The notes: generated by a model from the letters alone, not told the origin. A stretch of DNA of 64,000 bases from Terriglobia bacterium (GCA_963666975.2 CAXVYR010000003.1:544001-608000); one strand, 5' to 3'; shown: positions 9,159 to 19,656, numbered from the stretch's first letter. Program-made: numbers and translations.

Positions 9159-10463
9159 GTGCTGGACTTGGCATTCGTGCGAGACAACCTGGAGTTAGTG
9201 GAACAAAAGCTCTCCGAGCGGGGCGGACCCGCGAAACTCGATGGATTCCGCGACCTGGACCAAAAGCGGCGCCGGACTCTGACCGAGGTCGAGGCGTTAA
9301 AAAACCGAAGGAAACGCGCCAGCGATGAAATTGGCCGCCTCAAAAGAGAGAAGCAAGATGCCCAAGAACTGCTGCGAGAGATGAAAACGGTCTCGGAAGA
9401 AATCAAGTCGCTGGACGAGCAGGTGCGAGGACTCGACGCGGAATTGAAGCAGTTTTTGGAAAACCTGCCGAATATGCCGCATGCAAGCGTTCCCGTTGGC
9501 TCCAGCGCGGCGGACAACCAAGAGGTGCGCCGCTGGGGGGAGCCCAGACATTTTTCATTTTCTTGCCTTCCGCACTGGGAACTGGGAGAGTCGCTCGGCA
9601 TTCTGGACCTGGACCGTGCAGCCAAGATTACCGGCGCCCGTTTTGCGGTTTACTGGGATTTGGGGGCGAAGCTCGAAAGGGCGCTGGCCAACTTCATGCT
9701 GGACCTGCACACGCGAGAACACGGCTACCGGGAAGTCCTTCCGCCGGCCATCGTGAACTCGGCAAGCTTGTATGGGACGGGCAACCTGCCCAAATTCGCC
9801 GGAGATTTGTTCCGCCTGGAGAACACGGATTTCTGGCTCAGTCCCACAGCGGAAGTCTCCGTGACCAACCTGTTCCGCGATGAGGTTCTGGACGGCGACT
9901 CCTTGCCCGTCAACCTGACGGCCTGCACGCCCTGTTTCCGCAGCGAGGCGGGCTCCTACGGCAAGGACACGCGCGGGCTCATCCGTCATCATCAGTTCCA
10001 AAAAGTGGAATTGGTGAAGTTCGTCCATCCTTCCGCCTCCTACGAGGAGTTGGAATGCCTGACCGGACACGCCGAAGCCGTTCTGCAAAAGCTGAAGCTG
10101 CCCTACCGCGTGACGACGCTATGCACGGCCGACATGGGATTCAGCTCGGCGAAAACTTATGACCTGGAAGTGTGGGTGCCCAGCCAGGGGGAATACCGCG
10201 AGATTTCCTCTTGCAGCAACTTTGAAACCTTCCAGGCCAGGCGGGCCGACATCCGGTTTCGCATGGGCGGAAAAGGGAAATCGCAGTTCGTGCATACTCT
10301 GAATGGCAGCGGGCTGGCGATCGGACGCACATGGCTGGCGATCGTCGAAAACTATCAGCAGGAGGACGGCAGCGTTCTGATCCCGGAAGTTCTCCGGGAT
10401 TACTTGGGCGGCGTCGAACGCATCACAGCGGAGGGCCGTTTAGGCAGTCGCGCGGAAAAATAG
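9159..10463 (+). CDS. serS: Serine--tRNA ligase
   Basis: MLDL..VRDN start, [46 protein letters not shown]. Confidence 0.98.
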   Translation: MLDLAFVRDNLELVEQKLSERGGPAKLDGFRDLDQKRRRTLTEVEALKNRRKRASDEIGRLKREKQDAQELLREMKTVSEEIKSLDEQVRGLDAELKQFLENLPNMPHASVPVGSSAADNQEVRRWGEPRHFSFSCLPHWELGESLGILDLDRAAKITGARFAVYWDLGAKLERALANFMLDLHTREHGYREVLPPAIVNSASLYGTGNLPKFAGDLFRLENTDFWLSPTAEVSVTNLFRDEVLDGDSLPVNLTACTPCFRSEAGSYGKDTRGLIRHHQFQKVELVKFVHPSASYEELECLTGHAEAVLQKLKLPYRVTTLCTADMGFSSAKTYDLEVWVPSQGEYREISSCSNFETFQARRADIRFRMGGKGKSQFVHTLNGSGLAIGRTWLAIVENYQQEDGSVLIPEVLRDYLGGVERITAEGRLGSRAEK

Positions 10464-10486
10464 AAAGGAGCGGGGAACAATATTTT

Positions 10487-11296
10487 ATGGCGGTGATTAC
10501 ATATCAAACGATGATTTCCGGGTGCCGGAATAGCGAGAGGGAATCGTGGGGCGAGTTTGCGCTCCGGTACAGTCCCTACGCGATTTTTATTTTGGAACAT
10601 TCCTTCCCGGAGTTGACGCAGGAAATTTCCGGGCATGTGGACCGCATCTTTGTACAAACGCGCGAAGGGGATTTTTTTACGGTTTTCCAGGGACGCCGCG
10701 AGCGCGATTTTCTGATGCATTTCCGCAGGCTGGTATGGGACTACGGACTAAGCATGACACCGGTTCCTGAAACGCCCATGAACCGGGAATTGCTCGAAAA
10801 GGTCACCGATGGTTTCAGCATGACGCAGCAGCAAATCTTGTGGATGAATCTCCAAGGTGTCGCTGCGCCTACAGCCGCAACCGTTTTATTGGTGGATGTC
10901 GCGACGGTTACGGAGGTCTTGAAAAAAGCGAATACAAATTTGAGGGCGTTGCTGGACCGTTGGAGTGTGAACACTCTGGCTGAGAGCGGACGCAGTCTCG
11001 TGCAGGCGGCCCGGAATTGGTCAGGCTCCGATTGCCCGAGCGACAGCGTTTTCGGAAGGATGATTGACGGACAGATCTCCTGGCATGACCGGGAAAAATT
11101 GGAGCGACATGTTCGCTCCTGTTTCTATTGTATTGACCGCTTCACCGCCTGCCGGGAGGTGGTTTACTGTATGCGAAAATTGCCCCTCGCCGAAGAAAAG
11201 GATGTGTCCAGGATTCTGGCGGCGGCAGGGATCAGTGCCACCGAAAAAAAGAAAGGCCTGCTTTCCAAATTGTTCTCAAAAGCGCACGCTATGTGA
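10487..11296 (+). CDS. Divergent ECF-sigma-like protein fused to a zf-HC2 (ZAS) zinc-binding domain
   Basis: ATG 10487 after AAGGAG; region-2-like (ESWGEFALRYSP) and region-4-like helices; then CPSDSVFGRMIDGQISWHDREKLERHVRSCFYC (HxxxCxxC). Confidence 0.6.
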   Translation: MAVITYQTMISGCRNSERESWGEFALRYSPYAIFILEHSFPELTQEISGHVDRIFVQTREGDFFTVFQGRRERDFLMHFRRLVWDYGLSMTPVPETPMNRELLEKVTDGFSMTQQQILWMNLQGVAAPTAATVLLVDVATVTEVLKKANTNLRALLDRWSVNTLAESGRSLVQAARNWSGSDCPSDSVFGRMIDGQISWHDREKLERHVRSCFYCIDRFTACREVVYCMRKLPLAEEKDVSRILAAAGISATEKKKGLLSKLFSKAHAM

Positions 11297-11372
11297 AAGG
11301 AGGGAATTGCGGCGCAGCTGGCACAGGGCAACCAGTGCAGGATCGAAGTGCATGTAAGCAAGTGCAGGTACG

Positions 11373-11636
11373 ATGGCCAAGCTAGAGCAACAGTTGGCGC
11401 AGGCGGTGCGGGACTCCCTCAATCTGCCCGAGCTCCATGTCGTCGCCAGACGGAACCCATCCCGCCGAAGCTGGAGCGTCTGCCTAAAGGAGAACGGAAG
11501 CTCTTCGGACTGGCTGGAGTTGGACTCCGGGTCGGTCGATGTCATCAAAAAGGTCGGATTGTTGCCGGCTATTCATCTGGGAATTTTTCGTATTACATAC
11601 GATTTATTACGGAGGACAGGCAGCCGGAAGAAATAA
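11373..11636 (+). CDS. Small hypothetical protein
   Basis: 87-aa ATG ORF co-oriented with its neighbours; no motif. Confidence 0.5.
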   Translation: MAKLEQQLAQAVRDSLNLPELHVVARRNPSRRSWSVCLKENGSSSDWLELDSGSVDVIKKVGLLPAIHLGIFRITYDLLRRTGSRKK

Positions 11637-11701
11637 TTTTGCACGAACTATTTATGCAAACTAATGGCCAGGCTGCTTTGCCTGCAAACTTCGCTCCGGA
11701 C

Positions 11702-12566
11702 TTGAAAAACACAACTAGGCGACTTTGCGATTACAGCAGTGACCGACGGCCACTTCCGTCTTGACGGCGGATCGATGTTCGGGATAGTTCCGCGCGTGCT
11801 TTGGAAAAAAAAGATCGCTCCGGATGACCAGCATCGTATTCGTCTCGCAGTGCGATGCCTGCTGGTGCGCAATGGCAAGCGAACCGTCCTGCTCGATGCA
11901 GGCCTGGGCAATAAATTCTCCGATGAGTTTCGCGACCGTTACGCCGTGGAGCAACCGGTTACTCTGATTGAGAACCTCCAGAAGGCGGGGGGTTCGCCCG
12001 GAGGATGTGACCGACGTCATCAACTGCCACCTTCATTTCGACCATGCCGGCTGGAACACGACACGGAAAGACGGCCAGCTTGCGCCGACCTTTCCCAACG
12101 CACGGTACTGGTCCCAGCGTGGCGAATGGGAACGGGCGCGGGACTATGCCGCGCAGCGCGACCGGGGCAGCTTTTCCCTGACGATTTTCTCTCGCTGGAA
12201 AGAGAACGCTGGGAGCTGGTAGAAGGCGACCATGCAGTCTTGCCGGGAATGGAGCTTCTGCTCCTGCCCGGCCATACGCCGCACACGCAGGGAGTCTTGC
12301 TAACCGCCGGAGAACATAAAGTAGCGTTCTTGGAGGACTTGATTCCCACCGCGTATCACGTTCCCTACGCCTGGATCATGGCCTTCGACCTGCGCGCAGC
12401 CGGAACGCTGGCTACCAAGCGAAAAATCTTGCCGCGCGCTATCCGCGAAAAATGGATCTGTGTCTTCGACCATGACCCTGACTTGGTGGAGGCCCGAATT
12501 GCAGAGGATTCGAGGGGAAGACTGAGTGTGATTCCGGCAGAAGGATTTTCTGACAACTCCGAGTAG
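11702..12566 (+). pseudogene. MBL-fold metallo-hydrolase (YtnP-like) split by three homopolymer indels
   Basis: Joined frames read MKTQLGDFAITAVTDGHFRLDGGSMFG...GVRPEDVTDVINCHLHFDHAGW...PGHTPH...FDHDP; shifts at the A5 run 11705-11709, G6 run 11987-11992 and T4 run near 12172. Confidence 0.85.
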
Positions 12567-12610
12567 GGATGAGTCCTGTGTTGGAGTTTGCGTATTCCAT
12601 ATTACGCTCT

Positions 12611-12777
12611 CGTCAGGGCACGGTTTTAACCGTGCCGCCACCCGGTTTACGACAGCGGCTTCAGCCGCTGAGGTGGAGGTTAAATCGCTGGAACACGCAG
12701 GGTTCGAGACTCACCTCAGGCGCTAAAGCGCACTTTAGTTCAGAGCGTTTCGGCACGGCTGAAGCCGTGCCCTGACG
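12611..12777. repeat. REP-like palindromic element, family 1 (inverted pair)
   Basis: CGTCAGGGCACGG...CCGTGCC at left, GGCACGGCTGAAGCCGTGCCCTGACG at right, inner GCGGCTTCAGCCGC hairpin; lies between convergent genes. Confidence 0.85.
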
Positions 12778-12862
12778 GGATACACAATTCGTGAAAACGA
12801 TCTGGTCCAAGAGGAAATAGATTCACATCTGGAAAAGTCCGCTAGCGCAATTGTTTTGAAAC

Positions 12863-13678
12863 TCATCTACGAGACAGCTTTTTCTTTGTGAGCTGCTCGA
12901 CTTCGGCGGGGGTTAGATGGCGGTACCGTCCCCGCGCCAAAGTGCCGAGACCGAGAACCCCGATCTTCACTCGCCTCAATTTGCTTACCGGATGTCCAAT
13001 CCTCGTAAACATGCGCCGGATTTGGTTCTGGCGGCCTTCGCGGAGGATGACTTCGTACCAGGGATTGGGAGGCTCTTGCTTGCTGGTTTGGGAAACCCTG
13101 GTTCGAGAAACCTTGCTTCGAGAAATCTTGCTTCGCGAAGCCAGCTTCCTGCCGCCCGGTAACTGGAGGCTCCGGATGGCAGCCGGAAGAGTGCGGCGTC
13201 CTTCGATTGGAATTCCCTGGCGCAACTTGTCGAGGTCTTTCGCGTCTGGCACGCCGCTTACCTTGACCCAGTAGACCTTCGGAATGCCGCTGGCAGCCGC
13301 AGTAAGGTGATTGGCGAAATCCCCGTCGTTGGTCATCAGGAGCAGCCCTTCGCTGTGGTAATCGAGCCTGCCCACCGGATAGACGCGCTCTTTGACTCCT
13401 TTGAGCAGGTCCATCACAGTGGGCCGTCCCTGCGGGTCTAACCGCGTAGTAACGTAGTGCCGAGGTTTGTGGAGGGCGAGATAGACCTTCCGGCTGGAGA
13501 GCCGCAATGCTTTCCCGTCCACTTTGATGTGGGCGCTGTCTGTGTCTGCCTTGCTGCCCAGTTCACGCACGACATGGCCGTTGACCGTCACACGTCCAGC
13601 GACGATCCATTCTTCTGCCTGGCGGCGCGATCCTCGGCCGGAGCGGGAAATAATCTTCTGCAAGCGCTCAAGCGCCAT
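12863..13678 (-). CDS. rluB: rRNA pseudouridine synthase (RluB/RsuA family)
   Basis: MALERLQKII S4 domain, YPVGRLDYHSEGLLLMTNDG, EGRQNQIRRM; downstream of scpB. Confidence 0.93.
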   Translation of the reverse strand: MALERLQKIISRSGRGSRRQAEEWIVAGRVTVNGHVVRELGSKADTDSAHIKVDGKALRLSSRKVYLALHKPRHYVTTRLDPQGRPTVMDLLKGVKERVYPVGRLDYHSEGLLLMTNDGDFANHLTAAASGIPKVYWVKVSGVPDAKDLDKLRQGIPIEGRRTLPAAIRSLQLPGGRKLASRSKISRSKVSRTRVSQTSKQEPPNPWYEVILREGRQNQIRRMFTRIGHPVSKLRRVKIGVLGLGTLARGRYRHLTPAEVEQLTKKKLSRR

Positions 13679-14465
13679 CGGTATCCCCAGGCGCAGGGTC
13701 GCGAAGTTCTTCCGGAGAGACGCTGGAGGCGGGAACTTCCGATCCCCCCGTAGAAGCAGACTGGGCGGCTTTGGCGTGGAGTTCCGTTGGGCCGGCCTGG
13801 CCGGATAGAGATTGTTCGGACAGAGCTTGTTCGGACAACAAAAGCTCAGAGGAGGGATCAGAAGGGTTGCTGGTGTCGGTTTGCTCCCCGGATGGTTCGC
13901 CCATCGCCGCCCGAGTGATCTCCTCAAATTCCTGCAGGCTGGGCAACTCCTGCAGGCTGCTCAATCCGAACTGCAACAGGAACTCCCGGGTGGTTTTATA
14001 GAGAATGGGGCGGCCGAGGACGTTCTTCCGTCCGGCGGTGGTAATCAGTTTCTTTTCGAGAAGAGTCTTCAGGACGCCGGCTGCGTGGACGCCACGAATT
14101 TGCTGTATCTCCGGGATCGTGATCGGCTGCCGGTAAGCGATGGTGGCCAGGGTCTCGAGCGCCGCCATGGAAAGCTTCACGGGAGGGGTCATATCCTTCA
14201 CTAATTTTCGGATCGTCTCGTGATGCTCCGCCTTGGTAAACATCTTGTAGCCGCCGGCGATCTCGCGGATTTCGATGCCATGCCCCTCCTGGCTGTATTC
14301 CTGCAGTAGTGCTTCCAGCACTTGGCGCACTTGGGCGGCCGGGGCGCTTTTGAGAGCCTTGCAAATTTGCTCCACGGTAACCGGCTCATCGGCCACGTAG
14401 ACGATTGCTTCCACCGCCGCTCTCAGGGCTTGGTCCTGGTTTTGTGTTTCTTCCTGATTGTCCAT
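13668..14465 (-). CDS. scpB: SMC-Scp complex subunit ScpB
   Basis: LSMAALETLATIAYRQPIT, IRGV, GRPILYKTT..FL.QFGL. Confidence 0.96.
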   Translation of the reverse strand: MDNQEETQNQDQALRAAVEAIVYVADEPVTVEQICKALKSAPAAQVRQVLEALLQEYSQEGHGIEIREIAGGYKMFTKAEHHETIRKLVKDMTPPVKLSMAALETLATIAYRQPITIPEIQQIRGVHAAGVLKTLLEKKLITTAGRKNVLGRPILYKTTREFLLQFGLSSLQELPSLQEFEEITRAAMGEPSGEQTDTSNPSDPSSELLLSEQALSEQSLSGQAGPTELHAKAAQSASTGGSEVPASSVSPEELRDPAPGDTDGA

Positions 14466-14579
14466 GATTACTCTCGCCTGTTAGGTTCGTTCATTAGTTT
14501 CGCTCATTCCTTTTCCTGCTGACTTACTCTGTCCCATTGTCCCCAAAAGCCTGCGGCTTGCTCATCTCCGCTGAGGAGG

Positions 14580-15353
14580 CTATTGGTAGCTTTGATCCAC
14601 CTCCGGTTGTGACTCCGCGTAAACCGTTGCAAACATTGTGTGCCGGACAAGGGCAATTTCCCCAAAGGCTTCTTTCTGACGCGCCCGTACGGCTTGCAGG
14701 CGCACCAACTCCAGGAGGGCCAGAAAAGCCGCCACCAGCGCCTCCCGCGACCGAAGACGGTTGAATACCTCCCCCAGCACAACCGGTTCCGAGCGGGCGG
14801 CGAGCATGTCGCACAATTGCCGCATCATCTCGGCGACACTGACCTTTTCATCTGGAAGAGCGATCTCCGGCTTGTCCTTGGCGCGCTCCAAAATTTGCTG
14901 GAAAGCTTTCACCAAGTCGAAAAGCGTCACGGCCAGCCCTGGCTCCGCAGTGGTATCGAAGAATGGTTTCAGAGCCGGCGCCGACCACAGGGCGTTCTGC
15001 ACGATATGCTTCTGATCGAGCATCTGTGCGGCGTTTTTGAACTTCTCGTGTTCCAGCAATTGATGCACCAGTTCGTCGCGCGGGTCTTCCTGATCGCCAG
15101 AATCTTCGGAAGGGTCAGGCGGCAGAAGCATCTTCGATTTGATATGGATCAAAGTCGCCGCCATGAGGATGAAGTCCCCGGCGATCTCGGTGTCCAGTTG
15201 TTCCAGGTGTTGCTGCAAATACTTCAAGTATTGCCCGGTAATCTGTGCGATGGGGATGTCGTAGATATCGATTTCCTGCTTGCGAATCAGGTCGAGAAGC
15301 AGGTCCAGGGGGCCTTCGTAGCTTTCTATTTGGATACGGTATGGCTCGTTCAT
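14580..15353 (-). CDS. scpA: Segregation/condensation protein A
   Basis: YEGPLDLLLDLIRKQEIDIYDIPI, MAATLIHIKSKMLLP, FLALLELVR. Confidence 0.96.
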   Translation of the reverse strand: MNEPYRIQIESYEGPLDLLLDLIRKQEIDIYDIPIAQITGQYLKYLQQHLEQLDTEIAGDFILMAATLIHIKSKMLLPPDPSEDSGDQEDPRDELVHQLLEHEKFKNAAQMLDQKHIVQNALWSAPALKPFFDTTAEPGLAVTLFDLVKAFQQILERAKDKPEIALPDEKVSVAEMMRQLCDMLAARSEPVVLGEVFNRLRSREALVAAFLALLELVRLQAVRARQKEAFGEIALVRHTMFATVYAESQPEVDQSYQ

Positions 15354-15385
15354 TGTTTGCTCTCGGCTGCGTTCCGGCAGGGGAT

Positions 15386-16489
15386 TTAATCCGCGCTCGA
15401 ACTTTCTTTTTTTGCCGGGGCCGGCTTTTTGGGTTTCTGGTCCGCTTTCGCTGTGCGGACAGGGGATTGAAAAGTTCGGGAGAGGTTCATGCCGTCGCGA
15501 ACCTCTTCCATCGTCTGTTGCGCAGTCCGGCTGGCCTTCTTGGAGCCCTCCTCCAGGATATCCCAAACCTGCTTCGGATTTTTTTCATACTCGATACGGC
15601 GCTCGCGAATCGGCGCCAGAGCCTGCACCAAGCTGTCCGCCATCAGCTTCTTGTCTTCCACGCAGCCGATCCCGGCCCGGCGGCACTCCCGGTTGACCAT
15701 CTCAACCGTGGCGGGCGAAGAAAAAATCTGATGGAAGCTGAACAGGGGACAGACATCCGGATTGCCGGGGTCAGTCTTGCGCGCTCGCGCCGGGTCGGTG
15801 AGCATTGTGGAGACCTTCTTTCGGATTTCCTGCTCCGTGTCGCTCAGGAATATGGCGTTCCCATAGCTTTTGCTCATCTTGCGCCCGTCGGTGCCGGGCA
15901 GCCGGGGAAAACTGGTCAGCATCGGACGCGGCTCGGGAAAAATCGGCCCATAGAAGCCGTTAAACCGGCGGCAGATCTCCCGCGTCAACTCTACATGGGC
16001 TACTTGATCTTCACCGACAGGGACGAAGTCAGCCTTGTAGATGAGGATGTCGGCCGCCTGCAACACAGGGTATCCCAAAAAGCCATAGGTGCCCAGGTCC
16101 TTGTCCCGTATATTCTCGCGCTGCTCCTTGTAGGTAGGCACTCGCTCCAGCCATCCCAGCGGCGTGACTTGTGACAACAATAGGTGAAGTTCGGCGTGCT
16201 CGGGTACGCGGGATTGCAAAAACAGCACCGCCCGATTCGGGTCCAGGCCCGCCGCCAGCCAGTCCATCAGGTTCTCCAGGGAATGTTTCTGAATCTGGCT
16301 GGTGTCGGCATAATGTGTAGTGAGCGCGTGCCAGTCGGCGATAAAAAAGTAGCAATCGAACTTTTCCTGAATCTGAACCCAATTCCCGAGCGCTCCGACC
16401 AGATGACCGACGTGGACTCCTCCCGTCGGACGCAATCCGCTCAGAACTCGTTTTTTCGGTGAAGATTCGGCTGGAGAGGGAGAGGCCAT
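15386..16489 (-). CDS. trpS: Tryptophan--tRNA ligase
   Basis: LSGLRPTGGVHVGH, YPVLQAADIL, VPVGEDQ, KMSKSYGN. Confidence 0.98.
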   Translation of the reverse strand: MASPSPAESSPKKRVLSGLRPTGGVHVGHLVGALGNWVQIQEKFDCYFFIADWHALTTHYADTSQIQKHSLENLMDWLAAGLDPNRAVLFLQSRVPEHAELHLLLSQVTPLGWLERVPTYKEQRENIRDKDLGTYGFLGYPVLQAADILIYKADFVPVGEDQVAHVELTREICRRFNGFYGPIFPEPRPMLTSFPRLPGTDGRKMSKSYGNAIFLSDTEQEIRKKVSTMLTDPARARKTDPGNPDVCPLFSFHQIFSSPATVEMVNRECRRAGIGCVEDKKLMADSLVQALAPIRERRIEYEKNPKQVWDILEEGSKKASRTAQQTMEEVRDGMNLSRTFQSPVRTAKADQKPKKPAPAKKESSSAD

Positions 16490-16496
16490 GTGAAGA

Positions 16497-17180
16497 TCAG
16501 ATCCTTAACAAGGAGTTGAAAAATCTCAAAAACGGCGAAAGCACGGTCGATACACCGCCGGACCAGAGGAGAAAAAATAGCAGGAAAAACCCGTATTCCT
16601 TCACCGGCGCGAAACCTGCACGGGCCTTTGCCGGCAGCAACCCTTCCAAAATATGGCCGCCGTCTAGCGGCGGGATGGGAATGAGGTTGAACACTCCCAA
16701 AATTACATTCACCATCATCAAGGAATGGAGCAGCAAAACTATCGGCATCAGCACGGAGCCGCCCGCTTCCATGGCTTCCGGGCCACCGTAGCCGGTCAAT
16801 ATCTGGTTCGCCGCCGGGGAGACAATGCGGAGTGCCAGCAACAGAACAAGAGCAGCCGTCGCTGCCAGGAAATTGCTCGCCGGGCCTGCGGCGGCGATAT
16901 AAACATTGTCGCGCACGGGATTCCGCAAGCGGGATGTATCCACCGGCGTCGGCTTGGCCCAGCCGAAGATGGGCGCATGTGAAATGGCGCCGAGCAGTGG
17001 AAACAAAACTGTTCCTACCGGGTCGATATGCCGGATTGGATTCATCGAGATGCGGCCCAGGAACTTTGCCGTGGGATCTCCAAAACGGTTTGCCGACCAG
17101 GCGTGGGCGGACTCATGAAAGCTGATGGCAAAAAGGAATGCGATGATCTGAAAGAGAATCTCAACGGATGAAAAAGCCAA
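16497..17180 (-). CDS. Site-2 protease (peptidase M50)
   Basis: HESAH zinc motif, AAAGPASN, FNLIPIPPLDGGH; start (TTG) approximate. Confidence 0.92.
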   Translation of the reverse strand: MAFSSVEILFQIIAFLFAISFHESAHAWSANRFGDPTAKFLGRISMNPIRHIDPVGTVLFPLLGAISHAPIFGWAKPTPVDTSRLRNPVRDNVYIAAAGPASNFLAATAALVLLLALRIVSPAANQILTGYGGPEAMEAGGSVLMPIVLLLHSLMMVNVILGVFNLIPIPPLDGGHILEGLLPAKARAGFAPVKEYGFFLLFFLLWSGGVSTVLSPFLRFFNSLLRI

Positions 17181-17300
17181 ATTGACCCCGGTACAACGGC
17201 CATCGTCCAGCGTGCAAAACTGCCGGCGGCGGCCTTCACCTTGCTTGAAAAGAAATGTTAGCACAGCCCGCCGTGGCGAAGTATAGTGGAATTTCCGCCT

Positions 17301-18047
17301 ATGATCGTCCTCGCAGTCGATACCAGTTCCGAACAAGGCAGCCTGGCGCTGGCGCAGGAAAACGAGTTGCTTGAACTGATCCCCCTTCCGCCCAAGCGTC
17401 ACAGCGTCACCCTTCACGGAGAGATTGCTCACCTGCTGGAGCGGCACGGCTTAGCGACCCGCGATATCCAGGGATTCGGAGTTGTGGCGGGCCCCGGTTC
17501 CTTTACAGGAGTTCGGGTGGGCCTGGCGGCAGTGAAGGGGCTGGCTGAGGTGAACGAGAAGCCGGTCGTTGCCGTCTCCAGTCTGGAAACGCTGGCGGTT
17601 GCAGCTTGCGCGCAGTTTTCGGAGCACTCTCCTGCTATTAGCAACGGCAGGATTTTGGCGCCTCTCCTCGACGCCCGCAGGGGACAAGTCTTTGGGACTG
17701 CTTATCGGAGCGCTGCTTTTAGGGAGGCGGCTCATCCTCAAGAAGGAGAGTGCCTCCAGTCTCTCGTCAAGGAAATGGTATGTTCTCTAAAGTCTTTCCT
17801 GGAGCGCATGCATGAGGCCGGGATTGAGGAGCCGGTGTTTTGCGGAACGGAGTTGGATCACTATGGTCCAGAGATCGATGAGGCGGGATGGAAGCTATCG
17901 CCACGATTAGTGGTTTCGCCCTTCCTGGCGGCCTCGCTGGCCCAAATTGCCGCCGAGAGATTACGGAAAAGGTTAGGAGCAGCGGCATGGGATGTCGACG
18001 CGAACTACGTGCGCTCCTCTGACGCTGAGCTATTCTTCAAAGGATGA
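17301..18047 (+). CDS. tsaB: t6A biosynthesis protein TsaB
   Basis: MIVLAVDTSS, GPGSFTGVRVG, LDARRGQVF. Confidence 0.95.
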   Translation: MIVLAVDTSSEQGSLALAQENELLELIPLPPKRHSVTLHGEIAHLLERHGLATRDIQGFGVVAGPGSFTGVRVGLAAVKGLAEVNEKPVVAVSSLETLAVAACAQFSEHSPAISNGRILAPLLDARRGQVFGTAYRSAAFREAAHPQEGECLQSLVKEMVCSLKSFLERMHEAGIEEPVFCGTELDHYGPEIDEAGWKLSPRLVVSPFLAASLAQIAAERLRKRLGAAAWDVDANYVRSSDAELFFKG

Positions 18048-18601
18048 TTCCTGTTCGCCCATTGCGCCCCGAAGATGTGGAGCATCTGCTGGCCCTTCTT
18101 GCCGCGTCAGCAGACCGTGCTACTGCTGGTGGCAATACTGCGGGTCAAGCCGCTGGCTGGAATCGCCGTGCTTTCGAGGACATTTTGGCAAATCCAGAGC
18201 AGGGTTCCTGCCTGCTAACGGAACAAGATGACGCAGAGCACGATGGCATTGTGACGGGCTTCGCATGCTTCCGGGTGACGGCGACGGAAGCGGAGTTGCT
18301 CAATTTAGCCGTGCTGCCTCTGGCTCGCCGGCAGGGCACTGGCTCTCGGTTGTTGGAACATATTCTCCAGGAGGCTGCCTGCAGGGGAGCGGAGCGCATC
18401 TTTTTGGAGGTGAGGGAATCAAATGTCGCGGCCTGGCGTCTATATGAGCGCTTCGGTTTCCAGCCCGTCGGGCGACGTCGAGGATATTATACCCAGCCCG
18501 CAGCGGACGCCGTCATACTCCGTCGCTGCCTTTCGCCCCCTACGCACGCCGCCAGCCACCGTTTAGCTGGCTGCGACAGACAGCCAGACCATTGGACTTG
18601 A
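18044..18601 (+). CDS. rimI: Ribosomal-protein alanine N-acetyltransferase
   Basis: AELLNLAV..RRQGTG, FLEVRESN..A..LYERFGF...GRRRGYY; overlaps the tsaB stop. Confidence 0.92.
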   Translation: MIPVRPLRPEDVEHLLALLAASADRATAGGNTAGQAAGWNRRAFEDILANPEQGSCLLTEQDDAEHDGIVTGFACFRVTATEAELLNLAVLPLARRQGTGSRLLEHILQEAACRGAERIFLEVRESNVAAWRLYERFGFQPVGRRRGYYTQPAADAVILRRCLSPPTHAASHRLAGCDRQPDHWT

Positions 18602-18662
18602 AATTATGTCTTTCCGGTGCTAGCGTAGGCCCATTCCATCACACAAGGAGGTGTTCTGCTTC

Positions 18663-18893
18663 ATGGAGACAGACCATCAAGAAGTGAAGAATCGTTTGAT
18701 GGCTACCAACGAAGAGTTTTCCCGCTTGGCAAAGGAACACTCGCAATATAAACAACAACTGGAGGAGCTTTCCAGTCGACCCCACCTTACAGAATCCGAG
18801 CGGCTGGAAGAAGTCAATCTGAAAAAGCGGAAACTGGTCTTAAAGGATCAGATGGAGAAGATTCTTCAGCAGCACATCAATACGGCTGTTTGA
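18663..18893 (+). CDS. DUF465/YdcH-family small protein
   Basis: EFSRLAKEH...LKKRKLVLKDQM; AAGGAGG upstream. Confidence 0.85.
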   Translation: METDHQEVKNRLMATNEEFSRLAKEHSQYKQQLEELSSRPHLTESERLEEVNLKKRKLVLKDQMEKILQQHINTAV

Positions 18894-18905
18894 CCTTGCC
18901 CCAGA

Positions 18906-18941
18906 CCGGCGCGAGACCCGGCGCGAGACCCTGTGCGAGAC
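18906..18941. repeat. 12-bp tandem repeat, three copies
   Basis: CCGGCGCGAGAC, CCGGCGCGAGAC, CCTGTGCGAGAC. Confidence 0.8.
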
Positions 18942-18990
18942 AATGATCCCCGGATTGACAGGTGCCGTTCCCCTTTGACATGATAACGTC

Positions 18991-19656
18991 ATGATCCGGG
19001 ATGGATTCCTATACGCAATTGCCCTTGGTTTCTTAGGCGCTTTTGCCGCTGCTGTGGCGGGGCCCGCCTGGGCGATTCCCGAGTTGCTTCTGGCCGCATT
19101 TGTCCTTTACTTTTTCCGGGATCCGGAGCGGACAGTTCCGGACGGGGAAGTTGTAGTATCTCCGGCCGACGGCCGCGTGGTCGATTTGCGCCAGATGGAG
19201 TTGGACGGCAGGCAGGTGTGGCGAATCAGCATCTTTCTCTCCCTCTTTAACGTTCACGTGAACCGTTCTCCCATCGCGGGATTGATTCGCAATGTTTGCT
19301 ACACGCCCGGCAGATTTTTCATTGCCAGCCGGCCGGAGGCCTCCGCGGAGAATGAGCAAAACACGGTGACGGTCGAGGGAAAACACTTCACCGTCACTTT
19401 CAAACAGATTGCAGGCATCCTGGCGCGGCGCATCGTGTTCTGGAAGAAGCCGGGAGAGCAGGTGGCATGCGGTGAGCGAGTGGGCCTTATCAAATTTGGT
19501 TCCCGAGTGGATTTGTTTCTTCCGATAGAAATTCCCCCGGCTGTCGCCGTCGGAGACCGCGTCAAAGGCGGTGTCAGTATCCTGGCGCGGCCCGGGAGCC
19601 GGTTGAAGAACGACGCCGAGCCAGCGCCGGCAACCAAGAGTGTGGCGGGAGGCTAA
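18991..19656 (+). CDS. psd: Phosphatidylserine decarboxylase (short type)
   Basis: FFRDPER, SPADGRV, ISIFLS.FNVHVNRSP, GLIKFGSRVD cleavage motif. Confidence 0.95.
   Translation: MIRDGFLYAIALGFLGAFAAAVAGPAWAIPELLLAAFVLYFFRDPERTVPDGEVVVSPADGRVVDLRQMELDGRQVWRISIFLSLFNVHVNRSPIAGLIRNVCYTPGRFFIASRPEASAENEQNTVTVEGKHFTVTFKQIAGILARRIVFWKKPGEQVACGERVGLIKFGSRVDLFLPIEIPPAVAVGDRVKGGVSILARPGSRLKNDAEPAPATKSVAGG

Noticed and set aside
12569-12775. Small ORFs over REP elements (also 23522-23784, 56679-57060, 59008-59278)
   Set aside because: Peptides such as GTAEAVP and SRDREGAV are translations of palindromic repeats
10331-17447. N-terminal extensions in the ORF track for the ECF-like gene, rluB, scpA and the M50 protease
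   Set aside because: They overlap neighbouring genes; downstream starts fit family N-termini better
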